Source: a virus
Lineage: Duplodnaviria; Caudoviricetes
IMG/VR virus record: IMGVR_UViG_3300035501_000169
Location: 1-64,000 of that record
Direction: 5' to 3' (one strand)
DNA length: 64,000 nt
Part shown: positions 49,187 to 59,200 of the stretch, piece by piece
How the letters are laid out: each line of letters begins with the position of its first letter
How positions within the stretch are numbered: position 1 is the first letter of the stretch
Translations under genes and position numbers: made by a program
Notes under the pieces: model-generated
What the model was told of the DNA's origin: nothing
The model's input: the letters and a program-made list of their open reading frames with translations, nothing else
The model's database searches: none

Positions 49187-49630
49187 ATGAACGTAAAAGT
49201 TAAAAAACTTGTAGAAGAAGCTATTATTCCTTCTTATGCTAAAAAAGGTGATGCAGGACTTGACCTTACTGCTGTATCTTATGAATATGACAAAGATAAA
49301 GATTGCCATATTTATGGTACAGGTCTTGCATTTGAAATTCCAGAAGGTCATGTAGGATTACTTTTTCCTCGTAGTAGTAATCGTAAAACTGATGCCTATT
49401 TGTGTAATCATGTAGGTGTAGTTGATAGCGGTTATAGAGGTGAAGTAATGTTTAGTTTTAAAAACCGTGATAAAGGTGATGAAATTCCGCAACTTGTTAA
49501 ACCTTATAATGTAGGTGATAGAGTTGGTCAACTTATCATTCTTCCTTTCCCTGAAATTAATCTTGTTGAAAGTGATGAACTTTCTGAAACAGAACGTGGA
49601 ACAGGTGGTCATGGTCATACTGGTGCTTAA
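49187..49630 (+). CDS. dut: dUTPase
   Basis: AGLDL, PRSS, GVVDSGYRGE, ERGTGGHGHTG. Confidence 0.95.
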   Translation: MNVKVKKLVEEAIIPSYAKKGDAGLDLTAVSYEYDKDKDCHIYGTGLAFEIPEGHVGLLFPRSSNRKTDAYLCNHVGVVDSGYRGEVMFSFKNRDKGDEIPQLVKPYNVGDRVGQLIILPFPEINLVESDELSETERGTGGHGHTGA

Positions 49631-49658
49631 AACAATTAACAATTAAAATATTCTAATT

Positions 49659-49952
49659 ATGAATACTTATCAAACTAAACTTATAAAAGAACACAGTGAA
49701 CTTGTTGGTCGTATTGATCGTCTTCAACTTTGGATTTATGGAGAAGGTCAACATCGAGATGACAAAATAGAATATGCTAATAAAGCTATTCAACTTGCTG
49801 CCATGAAAAAATATGAAGAAGCTCTTCGTGCTCGTATTGAAAATACAGGTATTGTTTTTGAACAAGGTCAATATTTTGAACGTGTTACTCCTGAAAGCGA
49901 GCCTGTTTCTACTAGTACCGGAAGTGATAATGACATAGATAATGGAAAGTAA
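49659..49952 (+). CDS. Conserved small coiled-coil phage protein
   Basis: 97 aa, QLAAMKKYEEALRARI. Confidence 0.75.
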   Translation: MNTYQTKLIKEHSELVGRIDRLQLWIYGEGQHRDDKIEYANKAIQLAAMKKYEEALRARIENTGIVFEQGQYFERVTPESEPVSTSTGSDNDIDNGK

Positions 49953-50211
49953 AGATATTTATCTTGTTAAAACTCATGGTTGCAGTGCTTGTAAATTAAT
50001 GGAATATATTCTTAAAGAAGTATTACAAGATAGAACTGATATTAATTATTCAATACTGTACAGAGATGAAGCTATAGTTCAATTTAATAAAGTTGAATTT
50101 AAAGATTTTCCTTCTGTTGTATTTGTAAAAAATGGTGAAGTTCTAATGACATTTACAGGTACTTGTTCAGCTAAAAGAGTTAAAACTCTTATGAATGAAT
50201 TAGGCTTTTGA
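49942..50211 (+). CDS. Thioredoxin/glutaredoxin-like protein
   Basis: CSAC redox motif and FPSVVFVKNGE. Confidence 0.8.
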   Translation: MESKDIYLVKTHGCSACKLMEYILKEVLQDRTDINYSILYRDEAIVQFNKVEFKDFPSVVFVKNGEVLMTFTGTCSAKRVKTLMNELGF

Positions 50212-50266
50212 GATTGATTGATAATTTGAAGTAGTAGAAATACTACTCCTATTTTTTTTTGTTCTT

Positions 50267-51346
50267 ATGGATAATAAACATATTATAGAAAATTGTCAAA
50301 AGTTTATTCAAAGATATGGTTATACTATGAAAGAATTAGTTGATTGCGATTATGACATTGCATCAATTGATTATTTGAATAAACATATATTTGGTAATCC
50401 TAATGCTGAATATGGAGAATTTTATAGTCCAAAAGCTTATATTGTTCTTTGTCTTCATTTAGCGTTTTGGCATAGTCCTGCTTGTGTTCTTAATTTCTTT
50501 AAGACATCTTTTACTGAGTATCATAATGTTGAATTGTTCAATATCATAGATTTAGGCGATGATATTTATAGCATTCTAACTGATAATTACTCTCCTTCTA
50601 ATATATACGAACATTTTGATGTTTATACTACTTTCAACAAACATATAAATAAAGAACTTGTTCATGATTATAAAAAGGCTTGTAGAGTTCTTATTAGTAA
50701 AATGTTTAACGAACAAGACAATTGGTTTGGAGAAGATTATGTTGATAACGTAATGCTTGTAAATTATATTACTCTTCATGAACACAATCTTCTAGTTAGG
50801 CTTTGTACTAATAAAGGAATTTGTGTTTCTGGCAGTCTTGGTATGGCTTTATGTGGAACTATATATCGTTCTAAAATTAAAGATATAGACTTTGTTCTAA
50901 GTTCTGATTGGCTTACTTCGGAAATTAATGGTATTATTGATGAAGAAATTGACCATAATACTGTAATAGGAAAACATAGAGTTGATATTGAAAATCTACT
51001 TTGTAGTAAATTTAATGAAACTCGTATTTATACTTTACTTAAAGGCATTACTACTAAACCAGTTGAAGTTAAAAAGTGTTGTATTGATAGATGTACAGTT
51101 TATGATAGAACTATAAAGTGTTGCTATATTGTTTCTATTGATAATAAAGACTATGATTTTATTGTTAGAGATAAATTAGTTACTCAAACGGCTAATTGTT
51201 TTAATGCTACTATAAATGTTCAATCTGTTAAAGATATGATAGTTACTAAAAAACTTCTTGGTAGACCTAAAGATTATCAAGACTTGAAACACTACAAGTT
51301 ATATCAGTATTGCTTTGACCGAATAGACGATGATAGGCTATTTTAG
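50267..51346 (+). CDS. Pol-beta-superfamily nucleotidyltransferase with N-terminal extension
   Basis: VSGSLGMALCG...IKDIDF...YDF...KKLLGRPKDYQDL. Confidence 0.65.
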   Translation: MDNKHIIENCQKFIQRYGYTMKELVDCDYDIASIDYLNKHIFGNPNAEYGEFYSPKAYIVLCLHLAFWHSPACVLNFFKTSFTEYHNVELFNIIDLGDDIYSILTDNYSPSNIYEHFDVYTTFNKHINKELVHDYKKACRVLISKMFNEQDNWFGEDYVDNVMLVNYITLHEHNLLVRLCTNKGICVSGSLGMALCGTIYRSKIKDIDFVLSSDWLTSEINGIIDEEIDHNTVIGKHRVDIENLLCSKFNETRIYTLLKGITTKPVEVKKCCIDRCTVYDRTIKCCYIVSIDNKDYDFIVRDKLVTQTANCFNATINVQSVKDMIVTKKLLGRPKDYQDLKHYKLYQYCFDRIDDDRLF

Positions 51347-51422
51347 CCCATAGGAGCTTATCTGTTGGACTTTATATGCTAAGTTGATAAGTTGTTAAGG
51401 ATTGAAATAAATTGGCTGAAAT
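51336..51422 (+). repeat. Degenerate 87-88 bp intergenic element, copy D
   Basis: GGCTATTTT...TGTTGGACTTTATATGC...TTGATAAGTTGTT...TAAA...CTGAAAT. Confidence 0.7.
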
Positions 51423-51454
51423 TGAAAGTTAATTTATTAAATTTGGTATTATGT

Positions 51455-51493
51455 AGAGCAAGTGGAGTTTTATCTTCATTTGCTCTTTTTTTT
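51455..51493 (+). terminator. Terminator of the rightward module
   Basis: AGAGCAAGTGGAG-TTTTAT-CTTCATTTGCTCT followed by a T run. Confidence 0.75.
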
Positions 51494-51527
51494 AATCTTT
51501 AGTTGGAACACATTCGGTACACATAAT

Positions 51528-51564
51528 AAAAATAGTTCTGCTATCTTCACAGACAACAGAACTA
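51528..51564 (-). terminator. Terminator of the leftward LysM/RNAP unit
   Basis: Minus strand TAGTTCTGTTGTC-TGTGAA-GATAGCAGAACTA followed by TTTTT. Confidence 0.75.
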
Positions 51565-51684
51565 CGCGGACTAAATCCATGCAAATATTCACCTCCTTCA
51601 AAAATTATGTCAGGACTTAAATTATTGCAAATATAATATAAAGTTGTAATATATGCTATTTTGAAATATTAATATTTCATAATT

Positions 51685-53193
51685 TTAATAGTCACCTTCA
51701 ATACTTAGACGACCACCGAGTTTATATTTATCATACTCTCGTGTTTCATATAAATTAAAACGTCTACTATAATTATTTACATTTCTAATATAAACATTAT
51801 TTTCAGGAGTGGCTGTATGATTTGTAAGTTGCTCATTATGTCCATTCCATTTATATAATAAAGCATGATAAGGATTAATAGTTATTCCTTCTTGATTTGT
51901 AAAAGTTCTGCCTTTAACCTCTGTATTATACATATGAGCTAAACGAGCAATAGTTGCAATAGCAGAACCACCAGCTGTTTTTATAGAATTATTATCAATT
52001 CCAAGCTTAGAATAAATCGCTTGAAGCTCTTTATTATCACCTTTATTTTTAATCTGAGTATATCCTCTACTAATAGCGTGATTTGTACCTTTTATTAATT
52101 GTATCATTCCTTCTCCTAATCGTTGTTTCATACTATATCTGTAAGCAGTTCCAAACTTACTTTCTTGTTCTGCTAAACCTAAAGCAAGTTCCGCTAAATG
52201 ATTATATTCATCAGAAGTAAGACCAAATTCTTTTTGAAGTTGCTTTTTGTTATTTACAATACTTTGAGCAAAATTCTTTCTATTTGTATCATATCTGTAA
52301 TCACCTGTATTAGTCCAAGTAAGTTTAAGAGGAGTATAACTTCTATCTATAGTTGTATTATAATCATCCCAGTTTTCCATAGAATGACCAGATTCACTTA
52401 TATCGTCTTTGGTATAATTACCGTAAGGATTATCTGCCGTAAAATTAAGTTTACCACCTTTAAGAACAAATCTAGAACCTTCTTTTTCAGGTAAAGTATA
52501 AACCCTATCTCCTACTCCAAGAAATTGTGTCATATCTTTAAGACTTTGTTTTCCAATACGAACACAGCCATTACTAAAACTAGCAGTATTTCCTATATGA
52601 AAAGAAGATGCAATATTATCATCTACTAAATTATCAGATTGATACCATTTTCCATTTTCATCTTTCTTCCATTCTTTAACTTTTCCTACTTCGTTTTGAT
52701 TATTAACACGACCTCTAGTAAAACTAGGTGCTCCGTGATATTCTCCAGTAGATGTTATTTGTGTAATACCAGCTGGTGTTGAATTATTACCTCCATAATT
52801 TTCAATTCCACTATTTCCTCTATAAGTTACAGTATTATAATCATTTCCAGATTTACCAAAACTTATATCATTTGTTGAATAAAGTTCGTTATTGTCTTTA
52901 TCATATACAGTAAGTTTTCTATTCTTTTTATCAACTATAACATAATTACTGTTATGTTTATAACCTTGTATAGCAGATACATTATCAAGATTAAATCTGC
53001 TTTCTCTTTGACGTTCTGCTCTAATGTCAACAGTTTCTTTTATTTTATCTGGTTCAAGACGAAGTTCGTCACCAGGATGTATCATATTTTTTTTTGTTGG
53101 ATTAAGCTTAATTAGTTCATCTAAACTAATATTATTATCTTTAGCAATTTTCCAAAGACTATCACCTTTTATAACTTTATATTTTTTAGCCAT
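51685..53193 (-). CDS. Virion peptidoglycan-active protein: LysM + L,D-transpeptidase-like + lysozyme-like domains
   Basis: Start moved to MAKKYKVIKGDSLWKIAK (LysM). IVDK...TPAG...FH..SNGCVR (YkuD). AEQESKFG...GYTQI (transglycosylase-like). Confidence 0.8.
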   Translation of the reverse strand: MAKKYKVIKGDSLWKIAKDNNISLDELIKLNPTKKNMIHPGDELRLEPDKIKETVDIRAERQRESRFNLDNVSAIQGYKHNSNYVIVDKKNRKLTVYDKDNNELYSTNDISFGKSGNDYNTVTYRGNSGIENYGGNNSTPAGITQITSTGEYHGAPSFTRGRVNNQNEVGKVKEWKKDENGKWYQSDNLVDDNIASSFHIGNTASFSNGCVRIGKQSLKDMTQFLGVGDRVYTLPEKEGSRFVLKGGKLNFTADNPYGNYTKDDISESGHSMENWDDYNTTIDRSYTPLKLTWTNTGDYRYDTNRKNFAQSIVNNKKQLQKEFGLTSDEYNHLAELALGLAEQESKFGTAYRYSMKQRLGEGMIQLIKGTNHAISRGYTQIKNKGDNKELQAIYSKLGIDNNSIKTAGGSAIATIARLAHMYNTEVKGRTFTNQEGITINPYHALLYKWNGHNEQLTNHTATPENNVYIRNVNNYSRRFNLYETREYDKYKLGGRLSIEGDY

Positions 53194-53254
53194 ATCTTGA
53201 ATATAATTAAGTAGAAAGGTTATCAAGTTGACAACCTTTCTACAGGGGAGCTTG

Positions 53255-56200
53255 TTATTTTCTAATCCAATCAGCAATATCTTTGACTGGAACTATAGAT
53301 AACATATTATCCCCAAGTTTATAATACTTATTACTACGATTAAGTCTTTCTACCATATTAATAGCGTGATATACAGGAATTTGACGTCTAACGTTAACCC
53401 AAAGTTTATTTTCACCAGCATAAAGTCCAGTTTGATAATAAGGGTCGAAATCATCACCTTGCATACACCATTGAGCAATAAAACCAAGACTACTAAATAT
53501 ATCTTCAATTCCATTCTCAACTGCAACAGGACTTGACCAAAGTTTCTTACCTTCAGACATAAGACCAAAAGGATTATACATGAAAGACTCAGAAGCAAGA
53601 CGGTCACATTCATACATTGCCAAGTTATAAATGATTCCTTCATCGTCATCTCCTCCAGCTATAACTCTAAGAGCAATAGCCATACAAAGAGCAGAAGCTA
53701 CACCTGCAATATCACCTATAGCTCTTCTGATATTAGCTCTATCATATTCAGGAAGCATTTGATAATTAGTCTTAACATGAAGAGCAAATTCAATATAATT
53801 TTTAATTATATTTTGTATTCCTTGAACAGATTGAAGTTCACTATCAGAAATATTAGTATCAGCTTTTAATTTGTTAACAAACTTCTTTTTATGAAGTGGA
53901 AGAGAAAGGAAATCTTTAATAGAAGCATAACATCCTTTTTCAACAGTACCACGTTCCTCGTTAAAGTAACCTTGTCTACGATAACGTTTCATAATACCAG
54001 GATATAGATGTTTATGATATTGCATTACAATACCACCCCACCAATAAGATTCCCATTTAGCAGCACCAAGTCTATCATAAACGCCATGTATCTTTTTATT
54101 AACTGATATAACACGACCTTTGAATCTACCTAAAAGTTGATAAGCTTCATCTCCCATTTCCATTAACTTAGAATCTTCTTTGAAGTCTAACTTACCATCT
54201 TTTCCAAGTTTTAATTGACTCATAAGAGTAGGATGCTCTGTATCATCGTTAAATTCAGCTTTAGCTTTATTTTGATAATCTTTACGTTTATCAATAAACT
54301 CTTTCTTTTGTTCATCATTTAGATAAAGATTAGCAAATTCTGTTGTTAAATCTTTTCTAAACCAAGCATATTCTTTTTTATTATTAGCATCTTTAGTTTC
54401 ATATTCTGTAAATTTTTTCCAAAGTTGTTTTTGACTATCAGTTAGAACATCTTGAAGTGCTTTCTCATTAGCATCACGCATATGCTCAGCTTCATTTTTA
54501 AGAGTATAGCTAAGTTTGCCATTACTATCTTTTTCACGATTAATAAATAGTCTATGACTATGTATCATACTAAACATAGCACCATTTTGCATAAAATGTT
54601 CACCCATTGCTTGAGGACTAAACATTAAATCTCTAGCACGTTTCATATATTCCTCTGCATCAGGAACATGAACAAGACCAGAATTTTCATCAAAGTCCAC
54701 AACATTCATGAACTTAACAATAGCACTACCGAGAGAACTTGCACGTTCACTATACATATCAGCAAAGAAACTAGGAAGAGACGTTTGCCAAGTAGCTTTA
54801 CCTTTAAGATAAGTATCCATACCAAAATATTCTCTAGCTAGACTTTCACCAAGAATTTGAGTTTCACCTACAGTAACGTTGGCTATACCGCCAGTAATAT
54901 TAAGCATCATAAACTTAGCAGAAGTAAGGCTTTGCATAATATTAGCAGTACGAGTTAATCTATTATTAGGTTTTTTCCATTGGTCATATACAAGTCTACG
55001 AATCCAATTGACATATTGTTCTTGAAGTCTTGTATCTTTTTTAGTAACATATCTAGTTTCTCCTTCAGCGTTTCTACTACCTTCTTTTTGAAGATTATTA
55101 AAGCCTTCATTTTTAACAAATACATCTATTTTATCAAGCATATTCTTAGCATAAAATAGCATATATTTATTGTCTTGAATAGCATTAAAATGTGCTGCTT
55201 TTTCAATGAAATCTTCCATAACAGATTCCCAATTATCATCCAAAAGTTCTCTATGAATTTTAGCATTTTGTTCTTCTGCTTTTTTCTTATTTTCATTATA
55301 AGTTTTTACAGCTTCATTATAAGCATTTTCATCTTCATAATCTTTTTTATCAGGCATTTTATAATTAACTTTGACACTATCTTTAGACTTAAGAGTAGAC
55401 ATCATGGGCATATCTATAGTTTCATCTGTAGCATAATCTACATCTTCAGTCCAATCTTCTTTACCAGAAGCTCCTTCAATCCAACCAAGCATTTTAGCAG
55501 CTTCTTTAGCATAGAATTTAGCATCTCTTTCAGGAGATTTAGCTCTACTAGCCATATAACCTCTATCAAGAAAACGTTTAGCTGAATTAGTTGTAGCCAT
55601 ACTACGAAGAGTATTTTCAAATAGCTCTTTCATTTCTCTTTCAGCATCAGTCATATTATTTTTGTTGCTATAATCTGTGCTATCAAAATTAATATTATCT
55701 ACTCCAAAAGGAAGATTATCATGTTGTTGAGGTGTAAAACCTTCTTTTTTATAATTAGCTGCTGTACTAGCACCTTGTTTATAATTATGATTTAGATAAT
55801 CAGGTTCGCCATCTCTTCCGTCTTTAGGTCTAGTTTCAAGTTGACCAAATGCTGGAACCCACATACCAGCTTCAGTATGTTCTCCGTCATCAGCCATTTG
55901 ATTAACCTCAAGTCTAGTCCAACATTGAATAGGCTCTTTAGCATGAGTATAAGGATTGTAAATATGATTAGCATTATACCAAGCATTAAACTCTTCTTTA
56001 CCTTTAGCTTGCATTTCCTTATACTTTTGATAATAATATTCAGTTTTAGTAGAAGTAGTGTAAGCTCTAACAGTACGAAGAGCATCAGTTTTCTTTTTAT
56101 CTACATACGTATTATCACCAGTTCCATCTTTTTTGTAACCTTTTGGAACAGCATAGCCATATATGTACTTATTTGGAACAACTGTGTCTTTACCATCAAT

Positions 56201-59200
56201 TTCTTCAATTCGTTCATTTACTCTTTGCCAAACACGAAGATAATTACCGCCAATAGCAATAGCTGCATCTTTTTCAGCTTGATATTTATCCATATCATAA
56301 ACAAACTCAACATGGTCTTTTATAAATTTGTGAACAGATTTACCATTACTAGAATTTTCAGTCTTTTTAATATCCTCTAATTCTTCATAAAGTTTATCAA
56401 GCTTTTCAAGTTCCTCAGTAGTCATTTTAGCAGTATAAACTGTTTTACTACTATTGTCATAATAAGGAAGAAGTATTGCGTTGATTTCATTAACCTTAGC
56501 AATATAATCTTGGTTTTTAGCACCATTAAGAGTCATACCTTTATAAAAAGCAGAACTAAAAATAGTGTCATCTGTAGGAGCACTATTTATAAGACTTCTA
56601 TCACTAAAAGGTTGTCCTTCTCTAATATTATAATTAGCAAGTTGTTCAGCTTTTATTTTAGCAATATCTTCATCTGATATTTTAGTAGCATCTATAACGC
56701 CGTGACTATCATAAAGATTATCACGTTTAGCTATAGCGGAAAGAATCTGTCTACCACTTCTTTTTTCACGAAGAATAGCAAAAGCATCGTTGATTAACTT
56801 TTGAGTTTCTTCACCCACAACATAACGAGCATTGTGTTCAACCCATTCTTTAGCTTTAACATAATCATCATGTTTCATAAGTTCAGAAACAGGAGTAGTA
56901 ATGTTACCAGTACTATCTCGCATTTCATAATTAGATATTATATCAAGATTCTTTTCAAGTTCTTCATCGAAACCAAATTTAGCATCTTGAGCAAAATATT
57001 CTTTACGCAAATCTCGCATAGCAGAGAGATGAGAAGATAAAGCATTAGCAGCTTCTATACTCATAATAGCTCTGTCATCTCCTCTTAACGGATTATTAGG
57101 GTCACTATTAGAAAACTTCTCTTCAAACTGCCCCGTAGAAGAGTTAAAGAAATAAGGAGCAGTTAGAGCATCCATTTCTTTCTTAACTTGTTTAAGTTCA
57201 TCTTGATAGCTTTCTTCAAGAGTTCCATTTACGGCATGACTAAGAATATCTTTACGCCTAGCATCTAACTTTTTATAAACACTATAAGTTTTACTATAGT
57301 GAGTAAGCATATGATTTTCTAATTCAAGCTTACGTTGATAATAATCATCAACAAGAAGTTGATTAGTATGTTCAAGTTTAAACTTGTCATAATCATATTT
57401 TGCTTTAAGATGTTCTATACTACCTTCACCAAATTCGCTTCGTTTAGCACCAATATCTTCTCGAAGTTGATTTAGTTTATCTATAAATTCTTGATTATAA
57501 TCTTGAACAAATTTTCCATCTTCATCAATTATATGCTTCCAATTTATAGCATTAGCACCAGCTTTACCTTTAATTTCTTTGACTTTATCTCTAAACTCTC
57601 TAATACGTTTAGTAGCAAGCATCTCCTTAGCTCTAATGTCACCCATAACTTCTTTAGTTATAATTTGAAGAAGAGGACTAGAAGTTTCTTGAAGGTCATT
57701 AACCCAAGCATCAAAAGCAGCAGCACTATGATAACCATCCAAAAGGCTAAGTATATCACCTTGAACTAGAGGATTTTCACTAAGTTTAGCTAAATACTCA
57801 TTTGCAAATCTTTCTTCTGCATTATTTATAATAGTAGCATTCTGAAGTTTGTTAATAGCTGTTTTAATCTTAGTAAGATAATTTCTAATAGCAGGGTCTT
57901 CAGAATCTATATCAAGGTCATTAATCATTCTATAATTTCGTACAAAAGCACGAGCATCAAGAAGGGTTTTAAGAAAACGTTTACGCTCTTCAGGATTATT
58001 ACGAATTAAATCAATAGTTTCAGAATCGTTCACACTGTGATAATGACCTTCCGCATCAGGAATAAAATATTCCAAATCATTTAGAATTTTATCAGTAGTA
58101 ACCTGAACATATTCTGCTGTAGTAGTTATAACTTCGTTAACATTATTTTTAACAGAAGCATCAGTAGATTTTATATCTTTATCATGAAGTCGTTTTAGAG
58201 CTTTAGCAGCAGACATATCATTTTCGGATATTTGACGACGCCACATAGTTTGCATAGAATGAGTTCCAAGTTCTGTTACACTAGAATGCATAATTTCATT
58301 TGGAGTTTCTTCTTCATCTACTTCTACAGTAGCTTGTCTTTCGTTGTAAGGAGTAATAAGAAAAGCATCATTGACTCTGTAACCTGCAAGTTGAGCATTT
58401 TCCATTATAGCTTGAATTTGTGGGTCACGTTCTTGAACTTCTCTATGTTCATTATTCTTTCCAATATACTTCTTATTATACTTACTAAAATCTACTTTTT
58501 GAATTACATATTGTCTACCATTAATAGTTTGAATACTACCGTTAGCAGCACTAGTATATTTTATGTAATTAGCCAAAGCAGCACTGCGAAGATATAACCT
58601 ACCTCTAGGATTAGTTTTAAAGAAGTTAGTAACTTTATTTCTAACATCTTCAAAACCACCACTATCTACAGTTCTTTCAGCATTTATATTAAATGTAGTA
58701 GCATAGGTAGAATGTTCAGCTTTATTCTTATTAACAAATTTATGTTCAGATTTTTTAGCTCTAGCTTCTTCTATAGCTCTAGAATATTCATCTGTATTAG
58801 GATTTTCATCTTCTATAGCAGAAAGCAATGCTTGATAATAGCTTTCATCAGGATTAACATTATTAGCTACGTTAACAGACCAAGTAGAACTTTCGTTCTC
58901 TTCAAGTTTATTAAGAGGATAAGCATAAATATGATTACCATATTCTTTTATTTTATAAAGTTTTTCAACTTTACCAAAACGAAGTTTTACATATTGATTT
59001 ACACTATAGTTTCCTTTATCACCTGTAGTAAATATAAAATCATATTTTTCAGCAAGTTCTTTTCCTTCTTTTGTAGCTAAATCAATAAGTACAATATCAT
59101 CACCAAGATTACGAGATAATTCAAATTGTTTATTAACTTTTTCAACTCTATGAGTTGCAATTTGATACATACTACTGTAATGACTTCTAACAAAATTGTT

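Noticed and set aside
51579-51589. 11-nt match (ATGCAAATATT) to the thyX start as a second antisense guide
   Set aside because: Short and AT-rich; expected by chance.
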